Sequence record: MW679410.1
DNA: 64,000 bases
Direction: 5' to 3' (one strand)
Origin: Escherichia phage C6
Under the pieces are notes generated by a model, which was given only the letters and a program-made list of their open reading frames with translations, made no database searches and was not told where the DNA came from. The position numbers and the translations under genes were made by a program. Shown here one piece after another: positions 48,310 to 59,919 of the stretch (position 1 is the first letter of the stretch; the number at the start of each line of letters is the position of its first letter).

Positions 48310-48437
48310 AATTTCCTCAATATGTTAGGTTCTATAATTATTCTATCATAGAACCTGTTAAGCATGGACTGATATTTATAGAATGAAATTCAGTCCGACC
48401 ATAATAACCAAAAACAGAGTACAGATTATTTGAATTT

Positions 48438-50214
<1,777 letters not shown>

Positions 50215-50224
50215 TATATTTTCC

Positions 50225-50464
50225 TCACGCTTTCTTAGCGATTTTCCAGTCAGCTTTAAATTGGTCCACATCAGAGTGGTGAACCCAGAAACCGGATGAG
50301 CTACCATCTTCATAAAGAGGGCACCCATCACAATCGTCTTTCCAACCCATTTCACACAAAGCTTGTTCAGCTTTTTCCAGAGCTTCTGGATTTTTACCTT
50401 GGATTGTGAAGTACCATTTACCTTTAACTTCAGAATCGTTGATTGATTCACGTTGTAATTTCAT
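50225..50464 (-). CDS. Hypothetical early protein, about 79 aa
   Basis: Start at the Met at 50464 preceded by AAGGAG; early promoter at 50490-50519. Confidence 0.55.
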   Translation of the reverse strand: MKLQRESINDSEVKGKWYFTIQGKNPEALEKAEQALCEMGWKDDCDGCPLYEDGSSSGFWVHHSDVDQFKADWKIAKKA

Positions 50465-50489
50465 TTTATTCTCCTTAGTTGACAAGGCT

Positions 50490-50519
50490 ATAGTATCACT
50501 ACCATAGCCTGGTGTAAAC
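50490..50519 (-). promoter_or_regulatory. Early promoter cassette
   Basis: Minus strand GTTTACA, 18-nt spacer with imperfect inverted repeat, TACTAT; leader ...AAGGAGAATAAAATG. Confidence 0.55.
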
Positions 50520-50747
50520 TTATTTTTGAATTAAGCCCATATAAAATTTAGCGTCTTCCGGGTGCATACCGTCACAATACTCGTCAGCCATAAAGCGGGT
50601 AAGGTCTTCAAGAGGACCTTGGACTTCAATTTGCATACTGCAGAATTGCGTATCTTTAATATGGGTCATAACTAAAGAAGGATAACGATTACGGATAACT
50701 TCGTAAGTGTATTCAAAATCAACGATATCAATATTAACCTTAGCCAT
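50520..50747 (-). CDS. Hypothetical early protein, about 75 aa
   Basis: Start at the Met at 50747 preceded by GAGG; early promoter at 50780-50808. Confidence 0.55.
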   Translation of the reverse strand: MAKVNIDIVDFEYTYEVIRNRYPSLVMTHIKDTQFCSMQIEVQGPLEDLTRFMADEYCDGMHPEDAKFYMGLIQK

Positions 50748-50779
50748 TTTATTTTCCTCACTCATTAGTTGATAGGTCT

Positions 50780-50808
50780 ATAGTATCATGTTTAAAGCAG
50801 ATGTAAAC
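50780..50808 (-). promoter_or_regulatory. Early promoter cassette
   Basis: Minus strand GTTTACA, 17-nt spacer, TACTAT; leader ...ATGAGTGAGGAAAATAAAATG. Confidence 0.55.
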
Positions 50809-50810
50809 AC

Positions 50811-51071
50811 TTATTTTTGAATTTTATCGAGCCATTTACCAAGTTTAATCATTTCTTTGGTAGCTTTTTCCATACTTCTGAATTTAACCAGTAAAGGTTG
50901 GGCATCAACACCCATAACTAAAGTGGTTACAAGGCTATGTTCACCTACAAGCCATAAGGAATACGTTTGGATATCGAGGCCATAATTTCTGTCTTTATGA
51001 ACTCGTACACCCATCACTTCAAATTTCTCACTGGCTTTTTCTACTGCATCCAGGAAATCATCTTTAGTCAT
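50811..51071 (-). CDS. Hypothetical early protein, about 86 aa
   Basis: ORF; start placed at the Met 1 nt after the upstream stop (TAA-T-ATG). Confidence 0.45.
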   Translation of the reverse strand: MTKDDFLDAVEKASEKFEVMGVRVHKDRNYGLDIQTYSLWLVGEHSLVTTLVMGVDAQPLLVKFRSMEKATKEMIKLGKWLDKIQK

Positions 51072-51072
51072 A

Positions 51073-51456
51073 TTAGGCCTTAAAAGTTTTTTGCAAAAGT
51101 TCAATGATTTGGTCAACGTTCTGTTCGGTGACAATGCAATGGATTTGAGTTACGCCCGCCTTAGTAATGGGTTCGTCAACTTCATCTTGTTCGGCATATT
51201 CACGGAAGCAATAGAACTCGTCTTCATGCAACTCAAAATAATTTGGCCCTAACCCAACTTCATTATAAATCTCGCCGTTAGCGCATTCGATTTTAGTCAC
51301 AAATTTGTCGCCATCTATAGTCAACATATCCTTTACTTCAAACCAACCACCGTTGTCTTGGATAAGGTCGACCATATCGTTATTATTGATAGGGGTGATA
51401 TTAATAAAAGCTTTGATACACTCAGGGCGAAGTTCGTATTTTTTACCGATTTCCAT
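51073..51456 (-). CDS. Hypothetical early protein, 127 aa
   Basis: ORF with GAGG RBS and an early promoter at 51486-51514. Confidence 0.6.
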   Translation of the reverse strand: MEIGKKYELRPECIKAFINITPINNNDMVDLIQDNGGWFEVKDMLTIDGDKFVTKIECANGEIYNEVGLGPNYFELHEDEFYCFREYAEQDEVDEPITKAGVTQIHCIVTEQNVDQIIELLQKTFKA

Positions 51457-51485
51457 TTTTATTTCCTCATGTAGTTGATAAGTCT

Positions 51486-51514
51486 ATAGTATCATGTTTA
51501 AAGGCATTGTAAAC
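51486..51514 (-). promoter_or_regulatory. Early promoter cassette
   Basis: Minus strand GTTTACA, 17-nt spacer, TACTAT; leader ...CATGAGGAAATAAAAATG; near-identical to the copy at 50780-50808. Confidence 0.55.
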
Positions 51515-51523
51515 CATTAAATG

Positions 51524-51550
51524 CCAAAAAGGGAAGACCGAAGTCTTCCC
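51524..51550 (-). terminator. Rho-independent terminator after gene 32
   Basis: GGGAAGAC-TTCG-GTCTTCCC hairpin followed on the minus strand by UUUUU. Confidence 0.8.
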
Positions 51551-51566
51551 ATTATAAATCAATAAC

Positions 51567-52472
51567 TTATAGACCAGCTAACAGGTCGTCCAGACCATCG
51601 TCATCAGAAGGACTTACTGACGGCTCAGGAGTAGTGGAACGAGTTGGTGTAGACGGTTTGGAATCATATGCATCAAGGTCTGCACTGAATGCGTCCAGGT
51701 CATCACCAATCTTATCAGCGGCTGCAGATGCGACAGCGGCAGCACCACCAAGAGCAGCTGTACCAACAACTTTCTTAAACTTGGCTTCGTTAGTTTCGAA
51801 TGATTTGAAATCGAGCAGTTTAGAAAGGTCATGCATTTCTTCCATCAATTTAGCTTGGTAAGCTTCATCATTGATGTTAGGAATTTCAGACTGACCCATG
51901 AATTTGGAATCGTCGTAGTTCTTGAAGTCGCCAACTTTCTTAGATTTCAGTACGAAGTTCGCACCATCAAACGGACATGTTACGTCAACCGGCACTTCAC
52001 CAATATCAGTATCAACTTCAACCATCTGGTTGATTTTATCCATAATTTTCTGACCGAAACGGAATTTAAACACTTTACCTTCGTTAGCAGGCACTGCACT
52101 ATCCTTAATAACAAGGATGTTAGCCCAGAAGGAAGTTTTACGTTTCATCAGTTTGTATTCGGCGTTATTCGTATTAAAGGTGTCATTCTGGTTCATGTAT
52201 TTACATACAGGGCATGAATCGAAATCACCGTGAGTAGACGTACAGTTCTCAATATACCATTGACCATTTTTCTTAAAGCCGTGGTTAACGAGCTTAATGA
52301 ATGGAGATGGATTTTCTTCGTTTTTCGAAGGTAGGAAACGAATTACCGCAGTACCGACACCATTGTCATCTTTCAATTTCCATTCAGCTTTATCATCGGA
52401 AGAGAAAGAAGAACCACCTTTCATTGCAGACAGTTGAGCAGCCAGTTGGGAAGGGTCTTTACGTTTAAACAT
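51567..52472 (-). CDS. 32: Single-stranded DNA-binding protein gp32
   Basis: 301 aa, same length as T4 gp32; ...[50 protein letters not shown] (zinc site) and acidic C-terminus. Confidence 0.96.
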   Translation of the reverse strand: MFKRKDPSQLAAQLSAMKGGSSFSSDDKAEWKLKDDNGVGTAVIRFLPSKNEENPSPFIKLVNHGFKKNGQWYIENCTSTHGDFDSCPVCKYMNQNDTFNTNNAEYKLMKRKTSFWANILVIKDSAVPANEGKVFKFRFGQKIMDKINQMVEVDTDIGEVPVDVTCPFDGANFVLKSKKVGDFKNYDDSKFMGQSEIPNINDEAYQAKLMEEMHDLSKLLDFKSFETNEAKFKKVVGTAALGGAAAVASAAADKIGDDLDAFSADLDAYDSKPSTPTRSTTPEPSVSPSDDDGLDDLLAGL

Positions 52473-52561
52473 ATTATTTACCTTAGCAGATTTAGCAGTT
52501 GTATTTTATTAACAGTTTTTAACAGATTGAGTTAGTATATTAACACAGTTTATTTGGAGCA

Positions 52562-53215
52562 TTAAAACTTACAAGATTTGATAGTTTCAATAAACAATTT
52601 ACGAGCTTCTAAATTATCAATTATAAGAATTTTCTTATAAGCATTTAATTTAGTCGAATACTTGGACCACACTAAATCGTTGGTCTGTTCATCATGTTTA
52701 TTTATTATATCCATAAATGAATCAAGCAAAATAAATGTTTCGAATGAAATAACATTCGATTGAAGGAGCTTAAAAATATAGCTCGAGTTAACTTTTTTAT
52801 TATAATCAAAAATTTCAGAAAGCGCTTGAACTTCCACTTTCTTACTAAAATAATAAATGTTTTTGATATCATCCTCAAAAACTTGTTTTATTCTTTTAAG
52901 TCTACCGATATATTCTCGGTAAAAGACTAAGGCGTCAGCATCACTGATGTCGCCAATCCATGCATCTTGGTTAGCTACCAAGTTACTCATGAAAATAAGA
53001 GCAAGCTCTTTCAAAGTGTATTTATCACTCAATTTCTCAAAGAAATATTTGTCACGTCGTTTTTGGTAAGCCGTATCGGAGATTCGCATGACCCAGTTAT
53101 ATTTTATAACGTCGTATTTGGCATTGAAGTGATGTTTGAGCATTAAGTATAGTGAATATACGCTCTTACCATTCACCATACGGTTATTGTTTGGTGGCAT
53201 GCGAATCTTAATCAT
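52562..53215 (-). CDS. 59: Helicase loader gp59
   Basis: 217 aa, same length as T4 gp59; MIKIRMP...GKSVYSLYLMLKHHFNAKYDVIKYNW...QKRRDKYFFEKLS. Confidence 0.95.
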   Translation of the reverse strand: MIKIRMPPNNNRMVNGKSVYSLYLMLKHHFNAKYDVIKYNWVMRISDTAYQKRRDKYFFEKLSDKYTLKELALIFMSNLVANQDAWIGDISDADALVFYREYIGRLKRIKQVFEDDIKNIYYFSKKVEVQALSEIFDYNKKVNSSYIFKLLQSNVISFETFILLDSFMDIINKHDEQTNDLVWSKYSTKLNAYKKILIIDNLEARKLFIETIKSCKF

Positions 53216-53514
53216 AACAAGAAATCCAGGGTATTAGTCTTTTGCGTTCGGGCCATTGAAGGTCGAAGCAAGTTATCATCAATAGCTTCGTTCATAATTT
53301 TATCAATAATTCCTGCAGGCAAATAACGAGCAAAGTTACCTTCAGGGATGCTGTTCTCTTCTAACCATGCGGTAGCCGCTTCGAGGTAACTACAACCTTC
53401 AGCTTCAACAAAGGCCTCAATATCAAGGCCATTCTGTTGTTTGTTTACCAATACATGGACAGGTTCGGAAGCGGTATTAACCGCTCCATCAAAATCATTC
53501 AAAGATTGTGTCAT
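53212..53514 (-). CDS. 33: Late-promoter transcription accessory protein gp33
   Basis: 100 aa, acidic; position between 59 and dsbA as in T4. Confidence 0.8.
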   Translation of the reverse strand: MTQSLNDFDGAVNTASEPVHVLVNKQQNGLDIEAFVEAEGCSYLEAATAWLEENSIPEGNFARYLPAGIIDKIMNEAIDDNLLRPSMARTQKTNTLDFLL

Positions 53515-53773
53515 ACAGTTCTACCACTTCAGTTTTTTCGTCTTCGAAACGTTCACGAGTGCCTTTATGGTACAGGGAGAACAATTGGTTAAACATTTTA
53601 CCGTCTACACCAAGTTCAGTCTTAGCACGGTCTTTGATATCTTTAATTTCGTCACCATAAGCTTCCATTTTTAATTTAGTATCGGAAGCCGACTTAATCA
53701 GTTGTGCCAATGTGTTGCCATGTTCTTCTTGATTGAATTCAACTTTCACTTTTTCTTTAGCCATTATATTCAC
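53495..53773 (-). CDS. dsbA: DsbA double-stranded DNA-binding protein
   Basis: About 90 aa; position between 33 and rnh as in T4; start may be the second Met. Confidence 0.75.
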   Translation of the reverse strand: MNIMAKEKVKVEFNQEEHGNTLAQLIKSASDTKLKMEAYGDEIKDIKDRAKTELGVDGKMFNQLFSLYHKGTRERFEDEKTEVVELYDTIFE

Positions 53774-53774
53774 C

Positions 53775-54722
53775 TTAATAAAAATCAGCTACTGTAGCGG
53801 TTAGTTTAGACAAACCGGATTTAACGAAATAAGGATAAACTTTAGATTTCGAAGGTTTGTTATACGTATTATATCTTTCAGTAATTAAAGCAACAATATC
53901 ATCTGGAATAAAGTCCATATCAATTAAGATTTGGTTTTCACAGAAACGTTCATATTGTTCTTCAGTAAGAAGTGTTTTAATTATATCATGGTCATAATAA
54001 TTAAGAGCAATTGCTTCAAGTTCCTTGGCACGAGTGCTAGGAGTACGTTCGCCTTCAACCATTGTCAACCAGTAATCACCGCGAACTTTAATACTCGCGA
54101 CGTTATCTTTACGGTCGCCTTTAACTACTTTAGTTACACAATCCAGTAATGAGTCACCAGATTTCGTTTTGACGAATTTTTTCTGCATTGGAGACCATTG
54201 TTTTACCCCAGGGAATTTATGGAGTTGAGTAAAGTCACCGTCCGAAGAACCAATCATTACCGGATGGCCTAAAGCCGTAAGGATTCGGGTTAAAACCGCA
54301 ATATGGTCATCAGCTTCGATTGTATCGATATTCATAACAATATAAGGCATGTTTTGTTCCAGTTCATCAACAATAATATGCATTGCTGTGAATAAACCTT
54401 CCCAATCAAATGGTGATTCGTCACGTGCCTTAGCACGGTTTTTCTTATAATAAGAAGAATAACGACGACGCCAATAGCCGGATTTGGAGTTATCAACACA
54501 AATAATCAATTGGTTGTAACCTTGTTTTTTAAAGTCTTTAATATTTTTCTTAATTGAATTCAACACGAGGTGTCGAAGCATTGCTGTGGTTACTTTAGGA
54601 AATCCAGCATTTTCACCAAATTCTTGGAATGCTGCAGCCATAATGATTTGGCTAAAGTCTAACAACAAGAATCCATCTTTTTGACGTTCTTCTTCAGGAA
54701 GTAAAAAATCTAAATCGTTCAT
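53775..54722 (-). CDS. rnh: RNase H / 5'-3' exonuclease (FEN-1 family)
   Basis: Matches T4 RNase H (...ILNSIK...KSGYWRR...YKKNR.KAR.ES.....W...Y..............MPY...D..EADDHIAVL...SSDGDFTQLHK..VKQWSPM); start moved to the Met at 54722 (GAGG upstream) because the ORF-track Met at 54755 lies inside the promoter -10 box. Confidence 0.9.
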   Translation of the reverse strand: MNDLDFLLPEEERQKDGFLLLDFSQIIMAAAFQEFGENAGFPKVTTAMLRHLVLNSIKKNIKDFKKQGYNQLIICVDNSKSGYWRRRYSSYYKKNRAKARDESPFDWEGLFTAMHIIVDELEQNMPYIVMNIDTIEADDHIAVLTRILTALGHPVMIGSSDGDFTQLHKFPGVKQWSPMQKKFVKTKSGDSLLDCVTKVVKGDRKDNVASIKVRGDYWLTMVEGERTPSTRAKELEAIALNYYDHDIIKTLLTEEQYERFCENQILIDMDFIPDDIVALITERYNTYNKPSKSKVYPYFVKSGLSKLTATVADFY

Positions 54723-54753
54723 ATGAACCTCTGTCCAATTAGTGTAGAGGTTC

Positions 54754-54782
54754 ATTATATCATGACCCTAGAAGAAGTAAAC
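54754..54782 (-). promoter_or_regulatory. Early promoter for rnh
   Basis: Minus strand GTTTAC, 17-nt spacer, TATAAT. Confidence 0.55.
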
Positions 54783-54788
54783 ACTTTG

Positions 54789-54796
54789 CTATAAAT
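54789..54796 (+). promoter_or_regulatory. Late promoter box TATAAATA upstream of gene 34
   Basis: Exact TATAAATA about 35 nt before the gene 34 ATG; divergent from the rnh promoter. Confidence 0.6.
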
Positions 54797-54829
54797 AGTT
54801 CTATACCCTGAAAACGAAAAGGAAATAAA

Positions 54830-57800
54830 ATGGCTGATATTTTAAAACCTGCATTCCGTGCTACATCCGGACTCGATGCTGCGGGCGAGAAAGTTATCAA
54901 TGTTGCCAAAGCCGATTACAATGTATTAGATGATGGCGTCAACGTTGAATTCTTTATAGATGAGAACACCATCCAGGCGTACGACGAGACGCGCGGATAT
55001 AAGAATGGGTTTGCAGTAATCCATGACCAACGTATCTGGGTTGCTCAACGTGATATCAATGCTCCTGCAGGAACTTTTACTCCCGGCTATTGGACTGCTA
55101 CCCGTACTGACCCTAAATGGATTACCGTAGCGTCTCCTACACGCCAGCTGGCTTCCGGTGAATATATTGCGGTGGATTCCGCTGCTAGCTTTACTACATT
55201 TACCCTGCCTCCTAACCCTACAGATGGTGATACCGTTGTAATTAAAGATATCGGCGGACGAGTGGGTTATAACGAAATCAAGGTCCAATCTAGTTCTGCT
55301 CCTGGCGGTGGTAACCAGAAAATTGTTCGTTTTGGTAATCAGTTCTCTGAAACCCTGATAACTAAGCCTTTTTCTTATAACATGCTTATCTTTGCTAACC
55401 GTCTTTGGCATTTCTGGGAAGCAGGTAATGAAGAACGTGGTATTCGTGTAGAACCGAACATGGCCCAGTTCCAATCACAAGCAGGTGATAACGTTCTCCG
55501 TCGTTATACTTCAGGTGCAGTAATTAAGTTTACTCTTCCTAAGTATGCGAACCAAGGTGATATGATTAAAACCGTTGATATCGATGGTTTAGGAAGTAAG
55601 TTCAACTTAATCGTTGAAACGTTTGATGCTTCATCTGCATTAGGTAAGCCTGGACAGCATAGCATGGAATTCCGTACCTCCGGTGATGGATTCTTTGTTT
55701 ATAACTCTACCGAAAAATTATGGTATGTTTGGGACGGTGACCGTCAAACTCGTTTACGTGTAATTCGTGATGATGTTGAGCTCTTGGCTAATGAAAGTGT
55801 TATTGTTTTTGGCCCTAATAATACAACGCCGCAGACGATTAATATCACATTACCCACAAGCGTAGCCCAGGGTGATGTCGTTAAGATTGCTCTGAACTAT
55901 CTCCGTAAAGCTCAGACGGTAAATATTAAGGCTTCTGTAGGAGATAAAATAGCTTCTTCGGTTCAATTGCTCCAGTTCCCTAAACGTTCTGAATATCCGC
56001 CAGATACTGAATGGGTATTGAATGATGTATTGACCTTCAATGGTAACTTAAGTTATACTCCGGTTATTGAACTGAGTTATATCGAAGACCCCACTACAGG
56101 TGCTAAATATTGGGTTGTTGCTCAGAACGTTCCTACTGTAGAACGCGTGGATTCTAAGGATGATTTAACCCGTGCTCGTCTAGGTGTTATTGCTCTGGCG
56201 TCACAGACCCAAGCAAACGTCGACCACGAAAATAATCCTGAAAAAGAACTGGCTATCACACCGCAGACTTTAGCTAATCGTGTAGCTACTGAATCACGTC
56301 GTGGTATTGCTCGTATTGCTACAACCGCTCAGGTAAACCAGAATACCGAATTTGCATTCCAGGACGATTTGATTATTTCTCCTAAGAAATTAAACGAACG
56401 TACTGCTACCGAAACTCGTCGTGGTGTCGCTGAAATTGCTACGCAACAGGAAACTGATGCTGGTGTTGATGATACAACCATTATCACTCCTAAGAAGCTA
56501 CAGACGCGCCAGGGAACTGAAATCCTGTCCGGTATAGTAAAATACGTATCCACCACAGGAACCACTCCTGCGACTTCTAGAGCAACTGTAGGTACTAACG
56601 TTTATAATAAGAACACAACTACTTTAGTTATTTCTCCTAAAGCTTTGGACCAATATAAAGCTAACTATGAGAACCAAGGCGCTGTATATCTTGCTACGCA
56701 AGCCGAAGTTAATGCGGGTGCTACTAACCCTGGTTTTAGTAACTCAGTTGTTACACCTGAAACATTAGGTGCTCGTCGTGCTACTGATACCAATCATGGT
56801 TTAATTGAAATTGCTACGCAAGCAGAGACTGATACTGGAACTGATTATACTCGTGCGGTAACGCCTAAGACGTTAAATGACAGGAATGCTACTCAAACAC
56901 TTACCGGTATTGCTCGTATTGGTACTCAAGTAGAATTTGATGCAGGTGTATTAGATAATGTTATTTCAACTCCGTTGAAAGTTAAAACAAGATTTAATGA
57001 TACTGCTAGAACTTCTGTCTCAGCAGCCAGCGGTTTGGTTGAATCAGGAACCTTATGGAACCATTATACACTAGATATCCGTGAAGCAAGTAATACTCAA
57101 CGTGGTACGGCTCGTTTGGCTACCCAAACTGAAGTTAATACTGGTACCGATGACAAAACAATCATCACTCCACTTAAGCTTCAAGCTAAAAAGGCTACCG
57201 AAAACGCTGAAGGTATTATCCAACTCGCTACTCAGGCCGAAGTTATTGATGGTACGGTAAGTAATAAAGCGTTTAGTCCAAAGCATTACAAATATATCGT
57301 TCAACAGGAAAAATCCTGGGAAGCTACTTCTGCTCGTAGAGGATATGTTAAATTAACCACAGGTACAGCCACTTGGGAAGGTGATGATACTAATGGTTCT
57401 GTTGCTAACCTGGCTAAATTTGAAGATTCCGGCTTTGCTATTTCCCCTCTTCAAATGAATACAGCATTAACTCACTATCTTCCGATTAAAGGTAAGGCTT
57501 TTGACTCTGATAAATTGGACAACCTGGATAGCTCTCAGTTCGTCAGGAGAGATATTGACCAAATAGTTGAAGGAACATTAACCCTTCGTAAAAACATCAG
57601 AGTAGATGGCCAGTTGGCTACAGGCGGTACCGGTGAATTTGGTGGTTCTTTAGCTGCTAATAGCACATTTACCCTCCGTAATACAGGAACGGCTACGCGT
57701 ATAGTATTTGAAAAGGGTCCTCAAACGGGAACTAACCCTGCCCAATCTATGAGTATTCGCGTATGGGGTAACCAATTTGGCGGTGGGTCCGACCAAACCC

Positions 57801-58729
57801 GTTCTACGGTATTTGAAGTTGGCGATGAAACATCTAACCACTTCTATAGCCAGCGTAACAATTTAGGTAACATTACCATGAGTATTAATGGTACTGTCCA
57901 ACCTATTAATGTTAACGCTTCGGGTACATTGAACGCTTCCGGTGTTGCTACCTTTGGACGTTCTGTAACAGCCCAAGGTGAATTTATATCTTATAGTTCA
58001 AACGCATTTAGAGCAATAAGTGGTAATTACGGGTTCTTTATTCGTAATGATAACTCTAATGTTTATTTCATGTTGACTAATTCAGGCGACCAGACTGGCG
58101 GCTTTAACGGATTAAGACCATTAGCTATTAATAATACATCCGGCCAGGTTACAATTGGCGAAGGGCTTGTTATTGCTAAAGGAGCCACTATTAACTCAGG
58201 CGGTTTAACGGTTAATTCAAGAATTCGTTCACAAGGTGCTAAACCGGCAGACCTTTATTCTAGAAAACCTGATGCGGATAACACTGGCTTTTGGTCTGTT
58301 GACGTTAATGATTCAGCCACATATACCCAGTTCCCGGGTTATTTTAAAATGGTTGAAAAAATTAACGAAGTAACCGGACTGCCGTATTTGGTTCGTGGTG
58401 AAGAAGTTAAATCGCCTGGTACGTTAACTCAGTTCGGTAATACTCTGAATTCGCTTTACCAAGATTGGATTACCTATCCAAATACTGCAGACGGAAGCAC
58501 TACTCGTTGGACTCGTACTTGGCAGCAAAATAAAAATGCTTGGTCTGGATTTGTTCAGGTATTTGATGGTGGTAACCCACCACAACCATCTGATATCGGT
58601 GCATTGCCTTCAGACAACGCTTCAATGAGTAACTTGACCATTCGTGATTGGTTACGTATTGGTAACGTTCGTATAATTCCGGACCCGGTAACTCGTTCTG
58701 TTAAATTCGAATGGATTGATACACCATAA
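54830..58729 (+). CDS. 34: Long tail fiber proximal subunit gp34
   Basis: 1299 aa; long colinear similarity to T4 gp34 including ...KASVGDKIASSVQLLQFPKRSEYPPDTEWV... and C-terminal ...NPPQPSDIGALPSDNASMSNLTIRDWLRIGNVRIIPDPV. Confidence 0.95.
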   Translation: MADILKPAFRATSGLDAAGEKVINVAKADYNVLDDGVNVEFFIDENTIQAYDETRGYKNGFAVIHDQRIWVAQRDINAPAGTFTPGYWTATRTDPKWITVASPTRQLASGEYIAVDSAASFTTFTLPPNPTDGDTVVIKDIGGRVGYNEIKVQSSSAPGGGNQKIVRFGNQFSETLITKPFSYNMLIFANRLWHFWEAGNEERGIRVEPNMAQFQSQAGDNVLRRYTSGAVIKFTLPKYANQGDMIKTVDIDGLGSKFNLIVETFDASSALGKPGQHSMEFRTSGDGFFVYNSTEKLWYVWDGDRQTRLRVIRDDVELLANESVIVFGPNNTTPQTINITLPTSVAQGDVVKIALNYLRKAQTVNIKASVGDKIASSVQLLQFPKRSEYPPDTEWVLNDVLTFNGNLSYTPVIELSYIEDPTTGAKYWVVAQNVPTVERVDSKDDLTRARLGVIALASQTQANVDHENNPEKELAITPQTLANRVATESRRGIARIATTAQVNQNTEFAFQDDLIISPKKLNERTATETRRGVAEIATQQETDAGVDDTTIITPKKLQTRQGTEILSGIVKYVSTTGTTPATSRATVGTNVYNKNTTTLVISPKALDQYKANYENQGAVYLATQAEVNAGATNPGFSNSVVTPETLGARRATDTNHGLIEIATQAETDTGTDYTRAVTPKTLNDRNATQTLTGIARIGTQVEFDAGVLDNVISTPLKVKTRFNDTARTSVSAASGLVESGTLWNHYTLDIREASNTQRGTARLATQTEVNTGTDDKTIITPLKLQAKKATENAEGIIQLATQAEVIDGTVSNKAFSPKHYKYIVQQEKSWEATSARRGYVKLTTGTATWEGDDTNGSVANLAKFEDSGFAISPLQMNTALTHYLPIKGKAFDSDKLDNLDSSQFVRRDIDQIVEGTLTLRKNIRVDGQLATGGTGEFGGSLAANSTFTLRNTGTATRIVFEKGPQTGTNPAQSMSIRVWGNQFGGGSDQTRSTVFEVGDETSNHFYSQRNNLGNITMSINGTVQPINVNASGTLNASGVATFGRSVTAQGEFISYSSNAFRAISGNYGFFIRNDNSNVYFMLTNSGDQTGGFNGLRPLAINNTSGQVTIGEGLVIAKGATINSGGLTVNSRIRSQGAKPADLYSRKPDADNTGFWSVDVNDSATYTQFPGYFKMVEKINEVTGLPYLVRGEEVKSPGTLTQFGNTLNSLYQDWITYPNTADGSTTRWTRTWQQNKNAWSGFVQVFDGGNPPQPSDIGALPSDNASMSNLTIRDWLRIGNVRIIPDPVTRSVKFEWIDTP

Positions 58730-58737
58730 GAGGTAAT

Positions 58738-59862
58738 ATGGAAAGATTTATGGCTGAATTTGGACAAGATTATGTTCAAATTCCTGTACTATCTGAAAAT
58801 AATGCCGTTAGTTATAAACTTAGTATAGCAGGGAGCTGTACTAAGTCCACTAAAAAGGCTTATATCAAATTTCAAGATGAGGACTTCGGTCCTCAGAATT
58901 TCCAATCCGGGTTAAATTTGGTTGAAATAGACCCGACAAATAACACAATAGTGACTACAAAATCATACGCACTTACTAAAGACCATGATGTTATTTCCCA
59001 AGCGTTTATAACTTATATTTCATCTATACCCGCTGGTAGAATTGTTTGCTTTATTTCTTCCGGTAAATTAAACGCCTCACAGGTATTAATTGATTGGTTT
59101 AGAGCTTCTGGCTCTACAGCGTTTCCGGATAAATGGCTTATTGATAAAGTGGATACTTCTTATTCAGCTTTTTATGTTTCAGGAAGAAATGCTATTGTAA
59201 TGGAACATGTGCTTTATAACGATGGTGTTTTGGTAGAAGACGTTTCCACCCCATTAGAAGTCGTTTATGACAACTTTAATGATGTAGGAGGAACTGGGTT
59301 CCCTGTTAGAGTCATTGAAGATGAAAACACTTATTATAGCGGAGCTACTCAAGAAATTAAAAGGTTTCCTACCGAATCCACTATAACTCCTTGTGCCGGT
59401 TATAATATGGTTCCTGGAGATTTCTTTTATCTCAAATTCCAAATGACCTATGACCAGGCTTTAAAAGATTTAGGGACGACTCAGATGTCCATACGATTTT
59501 TTAATGGTCAGGAAATGCTTCAATCCACTGATATCAATATTCCTGTAGGAGCGGGCTCTCCGCCAGCAGGCGCATGGATGTCTTTTGAGCGCGTAATAGA
59601 AGTTCCGCCGAATGCCAATGGGTTTACATTATATTGTAGAAAAACTGTCTCAGGAGGAGTAGGAGGTGTTAGGAATGTTATGTTTGGTGAAATAGCTAGA
59701 CCTGAAGATACTCCTAAATCCGCTGAAATTGGTGTTAATGGTATTCGTATGAGCTACGGTACTGAAACCCGTTCAATGGATAATGTTATTGCACAATTGA
59801 ATGACAAATCATCTGGTAACGCAGGTAAGGTATTTGTTCAAGAATTTAAAGAAAAATATTAA
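58738..59862 (+). CDS. 35: Long tail fiber hinge connector gp35
   Basis: 374 aa; position and size match T4 gp35. Confidence 0.85.
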   Translation: MERFMAEFGQDYVQIPVLSENNAVSYKLSIAGSCTKSTKKAYIKFQDEDFGPQNFQSGLNLVEIDPTNNTIVTTKSYALTKDHDVISQAFITYISSIPAGRIVCFISSGKLNASQVLIDWFRASGSTAFPDKWLIDKVDTSYSAFYVSGRNAIVMEHVLYNDGVLVEDVSTPLEVVYDNFNDVGGTGFPVRVIEDENTYYSGATQEIKRFPTESTITPCAGYNMVPGDFFYLKFQMTYDQALKDLGTTQMSIRFFNGQEMLQSTDINIPVGAGSPPAGAWMSFERVIEVPPNANGFTLYCRKTVSGGVGGVRNVMFGEIARPEDTPKSAEIGVNGIRMSYGTETRSMDNVIAQLNDKSSGNAGKVFVQEFKEKY

Positions 59863-59884
59863 GGGACCATAAGGTCCCTTTTTT
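59863..59884 (+). terminator. Rho-independent terminator after gene 35
   Basis: GGGACC-ATAA-GGTCCC hairpin followed by TTTTTT. Confidence 0.8.
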
Positions 59885-59886
59885 GC

Positions 59887-59894
59887 TATAAATA
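59887..59894 (+). promoter_or_regulatory. Late promoter box TATAAATA upstream of gene 36
   Basis: Exact TATAAATA immediately after the terminator, about 25 nt before the gene 36 ATG. Confidence 0.6.
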
Positions 59895-59919
59895 CGTTAT
59901 CTAATAAAGAGGAATAACT

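Noticed and set aside
54926-57841. Minus-strand ORFs inside gene 34
   Set aside because: Antisense frames within the long tail fibre gene; no signals; gene 34 is colinear with T4 gp34 over its full length.
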